A stretch of DNA of 64,000 nt from an uncultured Gammaproteobacteria bacterium (GTDB taxonomy: Bacteria > Patescibacteriota > Patescibacteriia > UBA9934 > CAZDDW01). Of the stretch, positions 19,615 to 28,065 are shown one piece after another. Position 1 is the stretch's first letter; the number at the start of each line of letters is the position of its first letter. The position numbers and the translations under genes were made by a program. The notes under the pieces are model-generated. The model was not told where the DNA came from. It saw only the letters and a list, made by a program, of their open reading frames with translations, and ran no database searches. The stretch lies in NCBI GenBank assembly GCA_965231015.1, contig OZ246408.1, positions 19,755 through 83,754 on the forward strand, read 5' to 3'.

Positions 19615-22600
19615 ATTGTTTTGTTTCTTTCTTTGGCAAATTTTCTACTTTGCTAGATTGGTTTTGTCCATTTTGCTTATCAAGATAAACGTCAATAGCC
19701 ACGTCAGTTGGTTCTTTTTTGTCTTTGTAATCAATTGGTCGATATTCGGTTGGTTGGTAACCTTTTCGCTCGTAGCGAGTGAAATATTCGTTTGGTCCTA
19801 CCAGGAATGAATAGCGTCCTTTGCTATCAGTGAGAGTGGTTTCAAGCAGTTTATTGTATTTTGGCTCAAAGATTCGCACCACTACGTTGGCTAACGGTTG
19901 GCTAGTTCGTTTGTCATACACAATTCCCCAGCCTTTTGGTTTTCGCACCCGGGTCAAGCGCTTGATCAGGAAGTAAAGCAGAACCTGGGCAACAGCCACA
20001 GTTATTGTGAGCACGGTCGGCATAATGATGGCTACAACAATCGCGAGCACTACTCCGAACACGGCTAATATATTCTGTATCCGACGAGCCCAGCGCATGA
20101 ACTTGATTCTGGCCGGCGTTTTGACCCCTTCGGTCTTGACCGGATCCATTGGAATATTTGCGGCTATGGTTGCATCTTTCTCGCTCACCCTGACAATCTC
20201 GCCATGATACACGTCAAGATACACTCCATCATCAGTCACCCGAGCCAAATACTCACTTGGAAACTTGTAACCAGGTTTAGTGACCTCGATTCTGTATTCA
20301 CCCCGATCAGCCAAGAAAAAGTAACGACCCTCTCTATCAGTCACCCGTGACTGTAATAACTGCCCTTTTTCATCTTCCTTTGAAGACAGTTTGAATAGAC
20401 GAACAATCGCCAGACCAATTGGGATCTTGGTCATGGAGTTATAGACCACACCCCAACCCTTCCGTTTACGACGCCAGAAGAATAGAATCGGTGCGCTCAA
20501 CAGGTACTGCAAAAACGGTAGCAGGTTGAAAAAGAGAGCCAACCAGATCAAATTTCCAAGCGCCAAGAAAAGCAGCAACGGAATTGTAATCTCTAAGGCA
20601 TCCATGACGCTTGGTACCTCCCGCACCTCCTCTAGCGCAAAGACCACGTTGTCAAGAATGATACTAAGAGCCTGTTCTGGCGTCTCAAGCACCTCCTCAA
20701 GTGGTGGTGGAAGCGGGGTTAGTTCGATTGTCGGATTAATGATGTTGTCCTCGACATAAAAGTCGGGTGTGACCGCATCATCGTATCCCGCGGCTTCAGC
20801 TACAATATAGTAGTCGCCAATCGGGACGTACCAAGCAAAGGATCCGTCAGCCGGTGTAGTCACGGGGTTCAGTTCACCATAAAGTGACCCGTCCCAGACT
20901 ATGAATTCACCGGTATCATTGGAAAAGAGCGTAACGCGCGAGTTGCCTACGCGCTTAGTTCCACTTTCAGTGGTGGTGAAAGTGTATCCAAACGCGTCAA
21001 CTTGCGCCGTGAAAGGAATATTTTGAGCATATCCGCCCTCGTAATAAACCGTAACTTCTAATGGATAAGCATCCGCTACAGTTGGGGTGATCACGTCAGC
21101 GTAATATGCGTCGTCGGTTAAGGCGGCAATGTAAATGTCACCGGTAGCGTAATCATTAACGTAAGGCGGATTCATTAAAAAGAGGGAATCGCCAAAACTT
21201 AACTCCACGTGGTCAACCGGCCAAGAAATGTTGCGAGTCAACAACTGCACCCGAAGTTCTGTGCCGACAAGCATACGCACAACTCCGTCGCGAGGTATTA
21301 ACTCAATTTTATTCTTGGCTACATAAAACTCTACGTCCGCGGCCGGGATTTCTCCGGGGCCACCATCATCAATCGGACACTCGCCACAATCTCCTGGACA
21401 AGTGGTGCACGTTTCATCTCCGTTACAGGAACCATCTCCACACACTGGCTCTGCTTCACTTGGGCATTCGCCACAGTCACCAGGACATGTTTCACAGGTT
21501 TCATCACCAGAACAAACTCCATCTCCACAGACCGGAACTTCGGGACAAACTCCACAATCGTCCGGGCAGGTTGCACAGGTTTCATCTCCTTCACAGATTG
21601 CATCTCCACACACCGGCTCAGGAGCAAATGGCGTACCAGATCCCAAAGCGCCTGATGAGAACTGACCCGCAAGGTCATAAGCGAACACGGCGTAGTAGTA
21701 GGTCACACCGTTAGTTAGACCCGAGTGTAGATACTCTGTTCCCAGCTGATTGTAAATCAAGGTTCCATCAGCCGGGTCTGTAGGGTAACCGTCTGTGCGG
21801 TAAACGATCCAAATACCATCTAAATCTGCGTCAGCTGGATTTATCCATTCCAAATAATTCTGACTGTCCCCGGGCGTGACCGTAAGGATCACGTTACCAG
21901 GTGGTGGATCATAAAGCGTTGTGAAAGTGTAATCTCCATCAGTGGAAGAATTACCGAACTGATCAGCCGAAGTCACTTGAAAGTGATACAGCGTGTTTTC
22001 ACTAAGTCCGGTAAGAAGAACCGAATGTTCAGTGACATAAGCACTGTCTGATTCATCGGATCCGTAAGTAACGTCCAAGCCATAATCAACTAAACTATCA
22101 GCTGGTTCATCAGTGTCCCAAAGAACACGAGCTGATGTTTCAGTTATATCTTCAACTCTGACGTTTGAAATGATCGGCGGGGTTAGGTCATTTGTGGTAA
22201 AGGTGTAGTCCCCCACTGTAGTTCGGTTCAAGCAAAAGTCTGCTGAACTAACCTCAAAGTGATACACCGTTCCCGCGCTAAGACCGGTCAGATCAATACT
22301 GTGTTCAGTGATCAGTGAATTATCTGTCTCACTACCGATTTCATAAGAATCGGTTTCACCGTAATTGACCAAGCTATCAGCGGTCTCATCAGTTTCCCAG
22401 GTAATTGTGGCTTCGTTCTCCGTGATATTGATGACGGAAACATTGGAGATGTTTGGCGGTATTGAATCACCACATCCTGTATTTGGACCTCCGTTGCCAC
22501 CGTCTCCAACAGATAGAGTAACGTCCACATCCCCGGGACTACTAATTGGCACCCAGGCTGAACCCCAATCAGCAAAAGTGCCCCCACTGATATAGATTTG

Positions 22601-23077
22601 ATAGGTGCCCACGTTCGACGGGTTCCCCACTTGGTTGGCCCCGACTCCGGAATCAACCGCATTTTCACCCACTTTGATGACCACCTCACTGCCACCGGCA
22701 ATGGCCCCACCATCTCCGGCGCAGATTTCGACTGTTATAACGTCTGCAGCAATACTTACTCCGGCTTCCTCTGCCCCACTGCAGTCGGTTGCCGTGGTTA
22801 GATCGGTTCCATCGTCTTCAACATCAACATCATCTTCGCTGATGCTCGACGTGTCGAATGAGGCATCGAAGGAAACAAGCATGGTTTCCCCTTCGGCTAC
22901 CCCGGAACCGGTAGTAAAAGTAAGTTCATGATCAGTATCATTCCCCACTTCCAGGCTGGTGGCCCGGTGACTGACACTGGTCAAGGTGGCCGCACTGACT
23001 GAAACAGCCGCAATAACCGCCGCGAAAAAAGCAGCGACTAGTACACTGTTCCAAATTTTTTTGAACTGCTTAGCCAC
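19583..23077 (-). CDS. Large secreted/membrane multi-domain protein (PAP-N/FN3-like domains, triple Cys-rich CGDGxCxGDETCxTCPxDCGxCP repeats, carboxypeptidase-regulatory-like domains, ~4 TM helices)
   Basis: 1164 aa; signal peptide. Two ..ISNV.V..ITE..A.I.W.TDE.ADSLV.YG.. domains resembling the purple-acid-phosphatase N-terminal/FN3-like fold. Three tandem Cys-rich 26-aa repeats. A CarboxypepD_reg-like segment (SRVTLFSNDTGEFIVWDGSLYGEL..). C-terminal region with TM helices alternating with two (R/K)KGWG(V/I)VY...GRY(F/S)FL.. domains. Co-oriented with the giant gene and overlapping its start. Confidence 0.7.
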   Translation of the reverse strand: MAKQFKKIWNSVLVAAFFAAVIAAVSVSAATLTSVSHRATSLEVGNDTDHELTFTTGSGVAEGETMLVSFDASFDTSSISEDDVDVEDDGTDLTTATDCSGAEEAGVSIAADVITVEICAGDGGAIAGGSEVVIKVGENAVDSGVGANQVGNPSNVGTYQIYISGGTFADWGSAWVPISSPGDVDVTLSVGDGGNGGPNTGCGDSIPPNISNVSVINITENEATITWETDETADSLVNYGETDSYEIGSETDNSLITEHSIDLTGLSAGTVYHFEVSSADFCLNRTTVGDYTFTTNDLTPPIISNVRVEDITETSARVLWDTDEPADSLVDYGLDVTYGSDESDSAYVTEHSVLLTGLSENTLYHFQVTSADQFGNSSTDGDYTFTTLYDPPPGNVILTVTPGDSQNYLEWINPADADLDGIWIVYRTDGYPTDPADGTLIYNQLGTEYLHSGLTNGVTYYYAVFAYDLAGQFSSGALGSGTPFAPEPVCGDAICEGDETCATCPDDCGVCPEVPVCGDGVCSGDETCETCPGDCGECPSEAEPVCGDGSCNGDETCTTCPGDCGECPIDDGGPGEIPAADVEFYVAKNKIELIPRDGVVRMLVGTELRVQLLTRNISWPVDHVELSFGDSLFLMNPPYVNDYATGDIYIAALTDDAYYADVITPTVADAYPLEVTVYYEGGYAQNIPFTAQVDAFGYTFTTTESGTKRVGNSRVTLFSNDTGEFIVWDGSLYGELNPVTTPADGSFAWYVPIGDYYIVAEAAGYDDAVTPDFYVEDNIINPTIELTPLPPPLEEVLETPEQALSIILDNVVFALEEVREVPSVMDALEITIPLLLFLALGNLIWLALFFNLLPFLQYLLSAPILFFWRRKRKGWGVVYNSMTKIPIGLAIVRLFKLSSKEDEKGQLLQSRVTDREGRYFFLADRGEYRIEVTKPGYKFPSEYLARVTDDGVYLDVYHGEIVRVSEKDATIAANIPMDPVKTEGVKTPARIKFMRWARRIQNILAVFGVVLAIVVAIIMPTVLTITVAVAQVLLYFLIKRLTRVRKPKGWGIVYDKRTSQPLANVVVRIFEPKYNKLLETTLTDSKGRYSFLVGPNEYFTRYERKGYQPTEYRPIDYKDKKEPTDVAIDVYLDKQNGQNQSSKVENLPKKETKQYEGGNPTQKS

Positions 23078-23089
23078 ATGTTAAATCCA

Positions 23090-24040
23090 TTAATAATCAT
23101 ATTGATTATTTTGTTCTTCGATTCTTAAGGCCAATTTTTTTCGAAGAACAGTTACCGCGATCAGGATATTTAGAATCACGAAAGCCAGAAGCGCCAATTG
23201 CCATGGAAAAATCCAGAATACACTGTCGGCTTGCACTGTTTCTCCGTTATCAAGTTTCAACTCCAGGGTTGCCTTGTACCGCCCCAGACCGAAGTTGATC
23301 CACTCGTTATTCATTTCTTCGAAAAAACCGGATTTTGTGACTTCGTTCCGAATCCAGCTGGCTGTGAATTCACGGGTGCTCATAGGCAATACCCGGCTTA
23401 ATTCTTCGTTGACTGGAATTCCGGCCACTGGGGTACCGAAAAAATCGCGTACCACGATCTGCCCGATCGGAATTAAATGAACGTTTCCTTGATTTTGCAT
23501 CCGGAAACTGAAATCAACTGGCAGACGATTAGTCCACCCCTTGGTTTCAAATTCCAGAATCTCTGCTTTGTAGCTGTTCTCGCCCTCCACTGTGAGAAAA
23601 AACAGTACTGCTATTTTTGCCTCCACACTGACATTACCTGCTTCGCCGGCTTCGGAAACAAGAACTGCTGCATAATATCCACCAGCCTCTATATCTGAGG
23701 GTACGGCGATAGTCAGGGCCAACGTAGCCGTTTGACCTGGGTCGACTTCAACCGTTCGTTCAGGAAACTTAATCCATTCAGCCAATCCCGTATGGTCTTC
23801 TTCGTATGGAATGAACTTTGGCACCCCAGGCTCTTCCGAACTCTCAAATTTGATAGTGCTTAAAGAATAAATTCTAGTTTGATCGGATGAGTTGTGAATA
23901 ATCATCTCTTGATTGATTGACTCCCCACGATTAGCAATCAGGTCTACCGTAGCCGGACTCACTGTTGCCGCCTGTGTTGCTCCCACCACCAGAGACACCG
24001 TTCCAATTAGCAATGCAATCAAATATACTACCCATTTCAT
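23090..24040 (-). CDS. Secreted protein with C-terminal TM anchor (hypothetical; operon partner of the giant protein)
   Basis: 316 aa; signal peptide MKWVVYLIALLIGTVSLVVGATQA. C-terminal hydrophobic helix followed by a basic tail (LRKKLALRIEEQ). 1-nt gap to the upstream gene. Confidence 0.55.
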   Translation of the reverse strand: MKWVVYLIALLIGTVSLVVGATQAATVSPATVDLIANRGESINQEMIIHNSSDQTRIYSLSTIKFESSEEPGVPKFIPYEEDHTGLAEWIKFPERTVEVDPGQTATLALTIAVPSDIEAGGYYAAVLVSEAGEAGNVSVEAKIAVLFFLTVEGENSYKAEILEFETKGWTNRLPVDFSFRMQNQGNVHLIPIGQIVVRDFFGTPVAGIPVNEELSRVLPMSTREFTASWIRNEVTKSGFFEEMNNEWINFGLGRYKATLELKLDNGETVQADSVFWIFPWQLALLAFVILNILIAVTVLRKKLALRIEEQNNQYDY

Positions 24041-24041
24041 A

Positions 24042-24947
24042 CTAAAAGTTTCCTGAACTTATGAGTGATATCGTGTGTGAATAGTCACCCTCGGGAGTAC
24101 CTGCCGCTACCGTGGCTTTCAGCGTAAGGAAATCCCTACTTTTATAAGAGAGCGAACCTTTAGTGCCTACCTCTTGAAATGAGCCGGTGAAAGCGGTGTC
24201 AGCCGTGTCGAAGGTAGATCCAGCCAAAGTTTGATCACTAGAACGCGCACCGTATTCCTCTGAGCCTAAAGTTACGGCACCGTCGACCACATCATCGATG
24301 TCGTTTGCTCCATCACGCAAATTTCCATCTTCAAGCACATATACTGTATAGCCATCATCAGTATCTACGGTAACTTCCCAGCCCACGAGAGCCGTTGAAT
24401 AATCAGTATCGTCAACCGTACCAAAACCAACTGATGAACCAGACATGCGGTACAGATAATCATTCGTTCCATCAATCACTAAAGCCGGCCCTCCCGTTTC
24501 AATGTTATCAAGCGTAATGTTGTTTCCGGCAATCCCGGTGATTTCACCGATTCCTGCCACTTGTGATGAACCGAGGTCCTGGATAACCGCAACCATGTTT
24601 CCGGTTGAAAAACCAGTCGTACCCGCAACGGTGACCGTGTTTCCAACCAGTGCAGTGGCTTCGGTATTACTATTGCTCTGTGTAAAAAGATCAAAACTGA
24701 TCACTTGATCAAAAATCCCCTGCCTGTAACCCGCTCGAGCATCATAATTTGCTGAGCTTGAGTTACCTATTCCTGTGTTTCCGATTGTGTCTCTTAATTG
24801 ATAGCTAGCAGATGTTGAATCATCTGATCCACCAGCCCCAATGGTATCCCAGCGTATCTCGAAATTAGCTGACGACATTTGTGCAGATACTAAGTCAGCG
24901 AAAAACGAACTGAAAATTACAATTAAGCTTAAAATCAAAAAACGCAT
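24042..24947 (-). CDS. Secreted Ser/Thr/Gly-rich protein (hypothetical; first gene of the giant-protein operon)
   Basis: The ORF track starts at a TTG that is actually the -35 box of the promoter. The ATG giving MRFLILSLIVIFSSFFADLVSAQ (a classic signal peptide) at 24947 is the likely start. Repeated SxNYxLRDTIG-like motifs. Confidence 0.55.
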   Translation of the reverse strand: MRFLILSLIVIFSSFFADLVSAQMSSANFEIRWDTIGAGGSDDSTSASYQLRDTIGNTGIGNSSSANYDARAGYRQGIFDQVISFDLFTQSNSNTEATALVGNTVTVAGTTGFSTGNMVAVIQDLGSSQVAGIGEITGIAGNNITLDNIETGGPALVIDGTNDYLYRMSGSSVGFGTVDDTDYSTALVGWEVTVDTDDGYTVYVLEDGNLRDGANDIDDVVDGAVTLGSEEYGARSSDQTLAGSTFDTADTAFTGSFQEVGTKGSLSYKSRDFLTLKATVAAGTPEGDYSHTISLISSGNF

Positions 24948-24963
24948 ACATTTTGGCTTCTTA

Positions 24964-24992
24964 ATTATATCATGAATACATAATTTAGTCAA
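24964..24992 (-). promoter_or_regulatory. Near-consensus sigma70 promoter of the giant-protein operon (TTGACT -17- TATAAT, read on the minus strand)
   Basis: Reverse complement of 24964-24992 reads TTGACTaaattatgtattcatgaTATAAT. The ATG of the first operon gene lies ~16 nt downstream, giving a very short leader. Confidence 0.55.
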
Positions 24993-25055
24993 CGCATTAT
25001 TATGCTAAATTTAGCTAAAAATTAGACATAAAATACGTGTTATAAACAGAAAAAC

Positions 25056-25101
25056 TGTGGATATCCCCAGAAATTGGTACACCTATCCACAGTTATCCAC
25101 A
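25056..25101. promoter_or_regulatory. Cluster of three DnaA-box-like 9-mers (TGTGGATAT / CTATCCACA inverted pair plus exact TTATCCACA)
   Basis: ctgTGTGGATATccccagaaattggtacacCTATCCACAgTTATCCACAtctg lies 60-140 bp upstream of the operon promoter. The first two boxes form an inverted repeat. Confidence 0.35.
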
Positions 25102-25149
25102 TCTGTCTCAATTTGTCTAGCCTAATGTTGACAAACAACTGAACCCCTA

Positions 25150-25850
25150 AGGTTCAATGACAACCTTAGAGGTTGTTGAATGCTGAAACAAATTGGTTTG
25201 AACAAATACCACATTGTAAATTTTGATACTCTTTCCAGCTCGACCAGCTATGTAGACTCACATCCCCCACTATCCCTGCTCTTACAGGATTTTGATGGAT
25301 ATAATCAATAATTTTTATCAATTGCCCATCACAAGTTATTCTTACTGATTTGTACTGGGACTCAAACAATCTACCCGATCTATGGTATTTGGAATTGAAT
25401 GTCTTTGTATAACTATTTCCAACTCTACTCATAAATCGTGATATCCCCTCATCAATCAGCTCTTCAACCAATAAATGATAGTGATTTGGCATTAAACAGT
25501 AAGCTAAAATGGAGACATATCGTTTAGATGATCCACGTGAAACAACTTCATTTCTGACCTGCAAGGTTGAAATAAAACAAGAATAATCGAACTCAGTAAT
25601 GAATATTTTTCGTTTATCTACTCCTCTATTGTAAATATGATGAATTTTCCCTTCAGGATTTTCATTATAAAACATAAACTCCCATTTAATTATGGGAGTC
25701 TTTACTAAATTTACTACATTTTGCACCTTTTGTCAACCTTGCAGGTTGTGTATTATTGTCGTGAATTGATTCATGTTTCACATGAATCTCTCCAAGCAAC
25801 GTGCAAGGTTGTACATGAACCTGAGAGGTTGGTTATTTTTGCAGAATAAC
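25150..25850 (-). mobile_element. IS200/IS605-like element (single HUH transposase gene flanked by matching subterminal hairpins)
   Basis: ~700 bp. Matching hairpins CAACCT-TAG-AGGTTG (25161-25175) and CAACCT-TGC-AGGTTG (25733-25747) lie at the two ends. Further hairpins at 25763-25783 (GATTCATG-TTTCA-CATGAATC) and ~25829-25843. Boundaries are approximate. Confidence 0.5.
25166..25726 (-). CDS. tnpA: HUH (Y1) transposase, IS200/IS605 TnpA / REP-associated tyrosine transposase-like
   Basis: 186 aa (possibly 169 aa from M18). HuH motif (..LMPNHYHLLVEE..), catalytic Tyr motif (..IDYIHQNPVRAG..) and ..HHIYNRGVDKRKIF.. resembling RAYT/TnpA. Confidence 0.65.
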   Translation of the reverse strand: MQNVVNLVKTPIIKWEFMFYNENPEGKIHHIYNRGVDKRKIFITEFDYSCFISTLQVRNEVVSRGSSKRYVSILAYCLMPNHYHLLVEELIDEGISRFMSRVGNSYTKTFNSKYHRSGRLFESQYKSVRITCDGQLIKIIDYIHQNPVRAGIVGDVSLHSWSSWKEYQNLQCGICSNQFVSAFNNL

Positions 25851-26428
25851 CTCAAGCCATTTTTGATTGCTAAACTCAACAAGGTCTGAACTCAATATTT
25901 TGAATTCACCCTTAATTTTTTCAATATCTTGCTCTGAATACAGATAATAGGTTCTTGTTCCAAACACATCAGTTGTCTTTTCGACGTATTCAGCCGCCCA
26001 TTTTAAATACACATACACAACACCACCTTGATTGAGCTTATTGAATAATCTAGAAAATATGTTTAAAGATCATCTTTCGAGACATGTATCAATGAAGCGG
26101 AAGCATGAACAATATCTAGTCCGTCAAGGAACTTAAACTCCTCAACTCGGGCTGTTTCAAAATCGATATGAGGATTTCGTTTTCGAGCGATATCAATTAA
26201 TTTTGATAAGGCATCGATCCCAATATAGCGATTTGTTTGTTCTATTATGTACTCGGCATCTCTTCCAGCAGCACAACCAATTTCTGATACAAACGGGTTT
26301 TTCTGATTCACAATTTCAAATAGTCGATCGAGATCTTTACTTCTAGCTCCAGTCCTATCAAATTTCATAGCAAAGTCAGAAGCCATACTGTTATAGGTCT
26401 CAATGGTCTTAATTTGCTTTTCATTCAT
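25833..26428 (-). pseudogene. Class I SAM-dependent methyltransferase, apparently split (N-terminal part 26063..26428, possible C-terminal part 25833..26018 in a different frame)
   Basis: The 26063..26428 ORF (start MNEKQ) carries motif I (VSEIGCAAGRDAEY) and the post-I/II/III motifs (IGIDALSKLIDIARKRNP...FLDGLDIVHASASLIHV) but stops ~70 aa short of a typical enzyme. A 61-aa ORF follows 44 nt downstream. The track ORF start at 26467 would overlap the tRNA. Confidence 0.4.
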
Positions 26429-26437
26429 AGCTTTGGG

Positions 26438-26512
26438 TGGTGACCCCGGCAGGAATCGAACCTGCAACTAGTCCTTAGGAGGGACTTGTTATATCCATTT
26501 AACTACAGGGTC
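26438..26512 (-). tRNA. tRNA-Arg (anticodon CCT)
   Basis: 75-nt cloverleaf on the reverse complement: acceptor GACCCTG/CGGGGTC, D-arm GTTA-AATGGATA-TAAC, anticodon arm AGTCC-CTCCTAA-GGACT, T-arm GCAGG-TTCGATT-CCTGC, discriminator A, encoded CCA. Confidence 0.8.
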
Positions 26513-26615
26513 AGGCTTATTATGTGTCGTAAAACGTTGAGTTGTTGGTTATACAGAAACAGGGTAGAATGCGTGTACGACATGAAACACGTACGCTGAT
26601 TATAACGGTTAACCT

Positions 26616-27671
26616 ATGCTTCATCAATACATCACCATTGCTCTCTTGGCTGCTTTGCTCATCGCGATCGTTTATTTGATTCGCCGTGGTTCTACTCAAA
26701 CCTCAATTGACTTGTCGCAAGACAAAACTATCGAACAGATCTCGAAAGAACTTTCAGAAATTAGAGGCGAGTTTAAAACCTCACTCCAAAGCAACCTCGA
26801 TTTTTTGCAAAAGCAAAGCGGAGCCAGCAACAAAATGATTCGCGATATCACCGAGCGACTCAGCAAGCTTGATTCAACCAACCAACAGGTCGTAAACTTT
26901 GCTTCACAGTTGCAATCTCTTGAAAAGATTCTTAAGAATCCAAAACAACGTGGCATTCTTGGCGAGTACATGCTTGAGTCATTACTTGCAAACACACTGA
27001 CTCCAGAACAGTTCACCATGCAATACAAGATAGGGAAGGACGCGAACAACAAAGACTTAATTGTTGACGCAGCAATTTTTGTTAAAGATAAAACGATCCC
27101 GATTGATGCTAAATTCAGTCTAGAAAACTACAATAAAATCATGGAAGAAGAGGATTCGACTCGGCGAGACCAGTTAGAAAAACAGCTCAAAGTCGATATT
27201 AAAAATCGTATCGATGAAACCAGCAAGTATATTCGACCTGACCAAAACACCACGGAATTCGCGTTCATGTTTATTCCCGCCGAAGGAGTTTTCTACAATC
27301 TCCTCATATATAAAGTAGGCTCAACCAATGTGAGCTCACGCGACCTGATTGAATACGCTTTCTCAAAACGTGTAATCATTGTTTCACCAACTTCTTTCTT
27401 TGCTTACTTACAAACCGTTCTTCAGGCTTTGAAAGCACTGCAGGTTGAAGAAAACGTAAAGGAGATCATTAAACAGGTAGGGAACTTACACAAACATATT
27501 GGAGTACACGATGAAATGATGGGAAAACTCGGGAACCAACTTGGAACTGTGGTTAACACATACAACACTACTTATAAGGAACTCAACAAGATCGATAAAG
27601 ACATCACCAAGATCACAGGAAATGAGAAACTTATTGAACCACAAAGTTTAGATCGGCCAGACAAGCAATAA
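26616..27671 (+). CDS. rmuC: DNA recombination protein RmuC
   Basis: 351 aa; N-terminal TM helix, long coiled-coil, conserved RGILGEYMLESLL and ..FAFMFIPAEGVF.. segments of the RmuC family. Confidence 0.85.
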   Translation: MLHQYITIALLAALLIAIVYLIRRGSTQTSIDLSQDKTIEQISKELSEIRGEFKTSLQSNLDFLQKQSGASNKMIRDITERLSKLDSTNQQVVNFASQLQSLEKILKNPKQRGILGEYMLESLLANTLTPEQFTMQYKIGKDANNKDLIVDAAIFVKDKTIPIDAKFSLENYNKIMEEEDSTRRDQLEKQLKVDIKNRIDETSKYIRPDQNTTEFAFMFIPAEGVFYNLLIYKVGSTNVSSRDLIEYAFSKRVIIVSPTSFFAYLQTVLQALKALQVEENVKEIIKQVGNLHKHIGVHDEMMGKLGNQLGTVVNTYNTTYKELNKIDKDITKITGNEKLIEPQSLDRPDKQ

Positions 27672-27744
27672 TCTTGACAATCTACTCGATTTATAATAAA
27701 ATTCTCTCGTCCTAGATTAATCACATGCTCAAATCAGAATAACT

Positions 27745-28014
27745 ATGCCAATTCTAAAAAATGCCAAAAAGGCACTTCGACAAAACAAGAAGCGGGCTGA
27801 ACGAAACCAGCTGGTAAAAGATGAGATTGCATCCCACCGCCGCTTCTTTAGAAAGGCTATTGAGGCAGCTGATGGCAAAAAAGCTGAGGAGTTGTACCAC
27901 AAGCTTTGCAAGATGTACGACAAAGCAGTGAAAAATAGTGTGTTCCACGCAAACAATGCTGCTCGAACCAAGTCTCGCATGGCGGCAAAAATCAAAGCCT
28001 TGAAGACCAAATAA
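27745..28014 (+). CDS. rpsT: 30S ribosomal protein S20
   Basis: 89 aa, basic; MPILKNAKKALRQNKKRAERNQ..., matching bS20. Confidence 0.9.
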   Translation: MPILKNAKKALRQNKKRAERNQLVKDEIASHRRFFRKAIEAADGKKAEELYHKLCKMYDKAVKNSVFHANNAARTKSRMAAKIKALKTK

Positions 28015-28062
28015 AAACAAAACCGACAGCACGGAACCCGAGCCGTCGGTTTTGTTTTTGTT
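28011..28062. terminator. Bidirectional terminator between rpsT (+) and holA (-)
   Basis: Hairpin CCGACAGCacggaacccgaGCCGTCGG flanked by AAAAACAAAA upstream and TTTTGTTTTTGTT downstream. Confidence 0.6.
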
Positions 28063-28065
28063 GAC

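Noticed and set aside
26521-26615. Possible promoter/operator (TAGAAT; near-palindrome GTGTACG...CGTACGC) upstream of rmuC
   Set aside because: The -35 element is poor and the palindrome is imperfect. Not strong enough to annotate.
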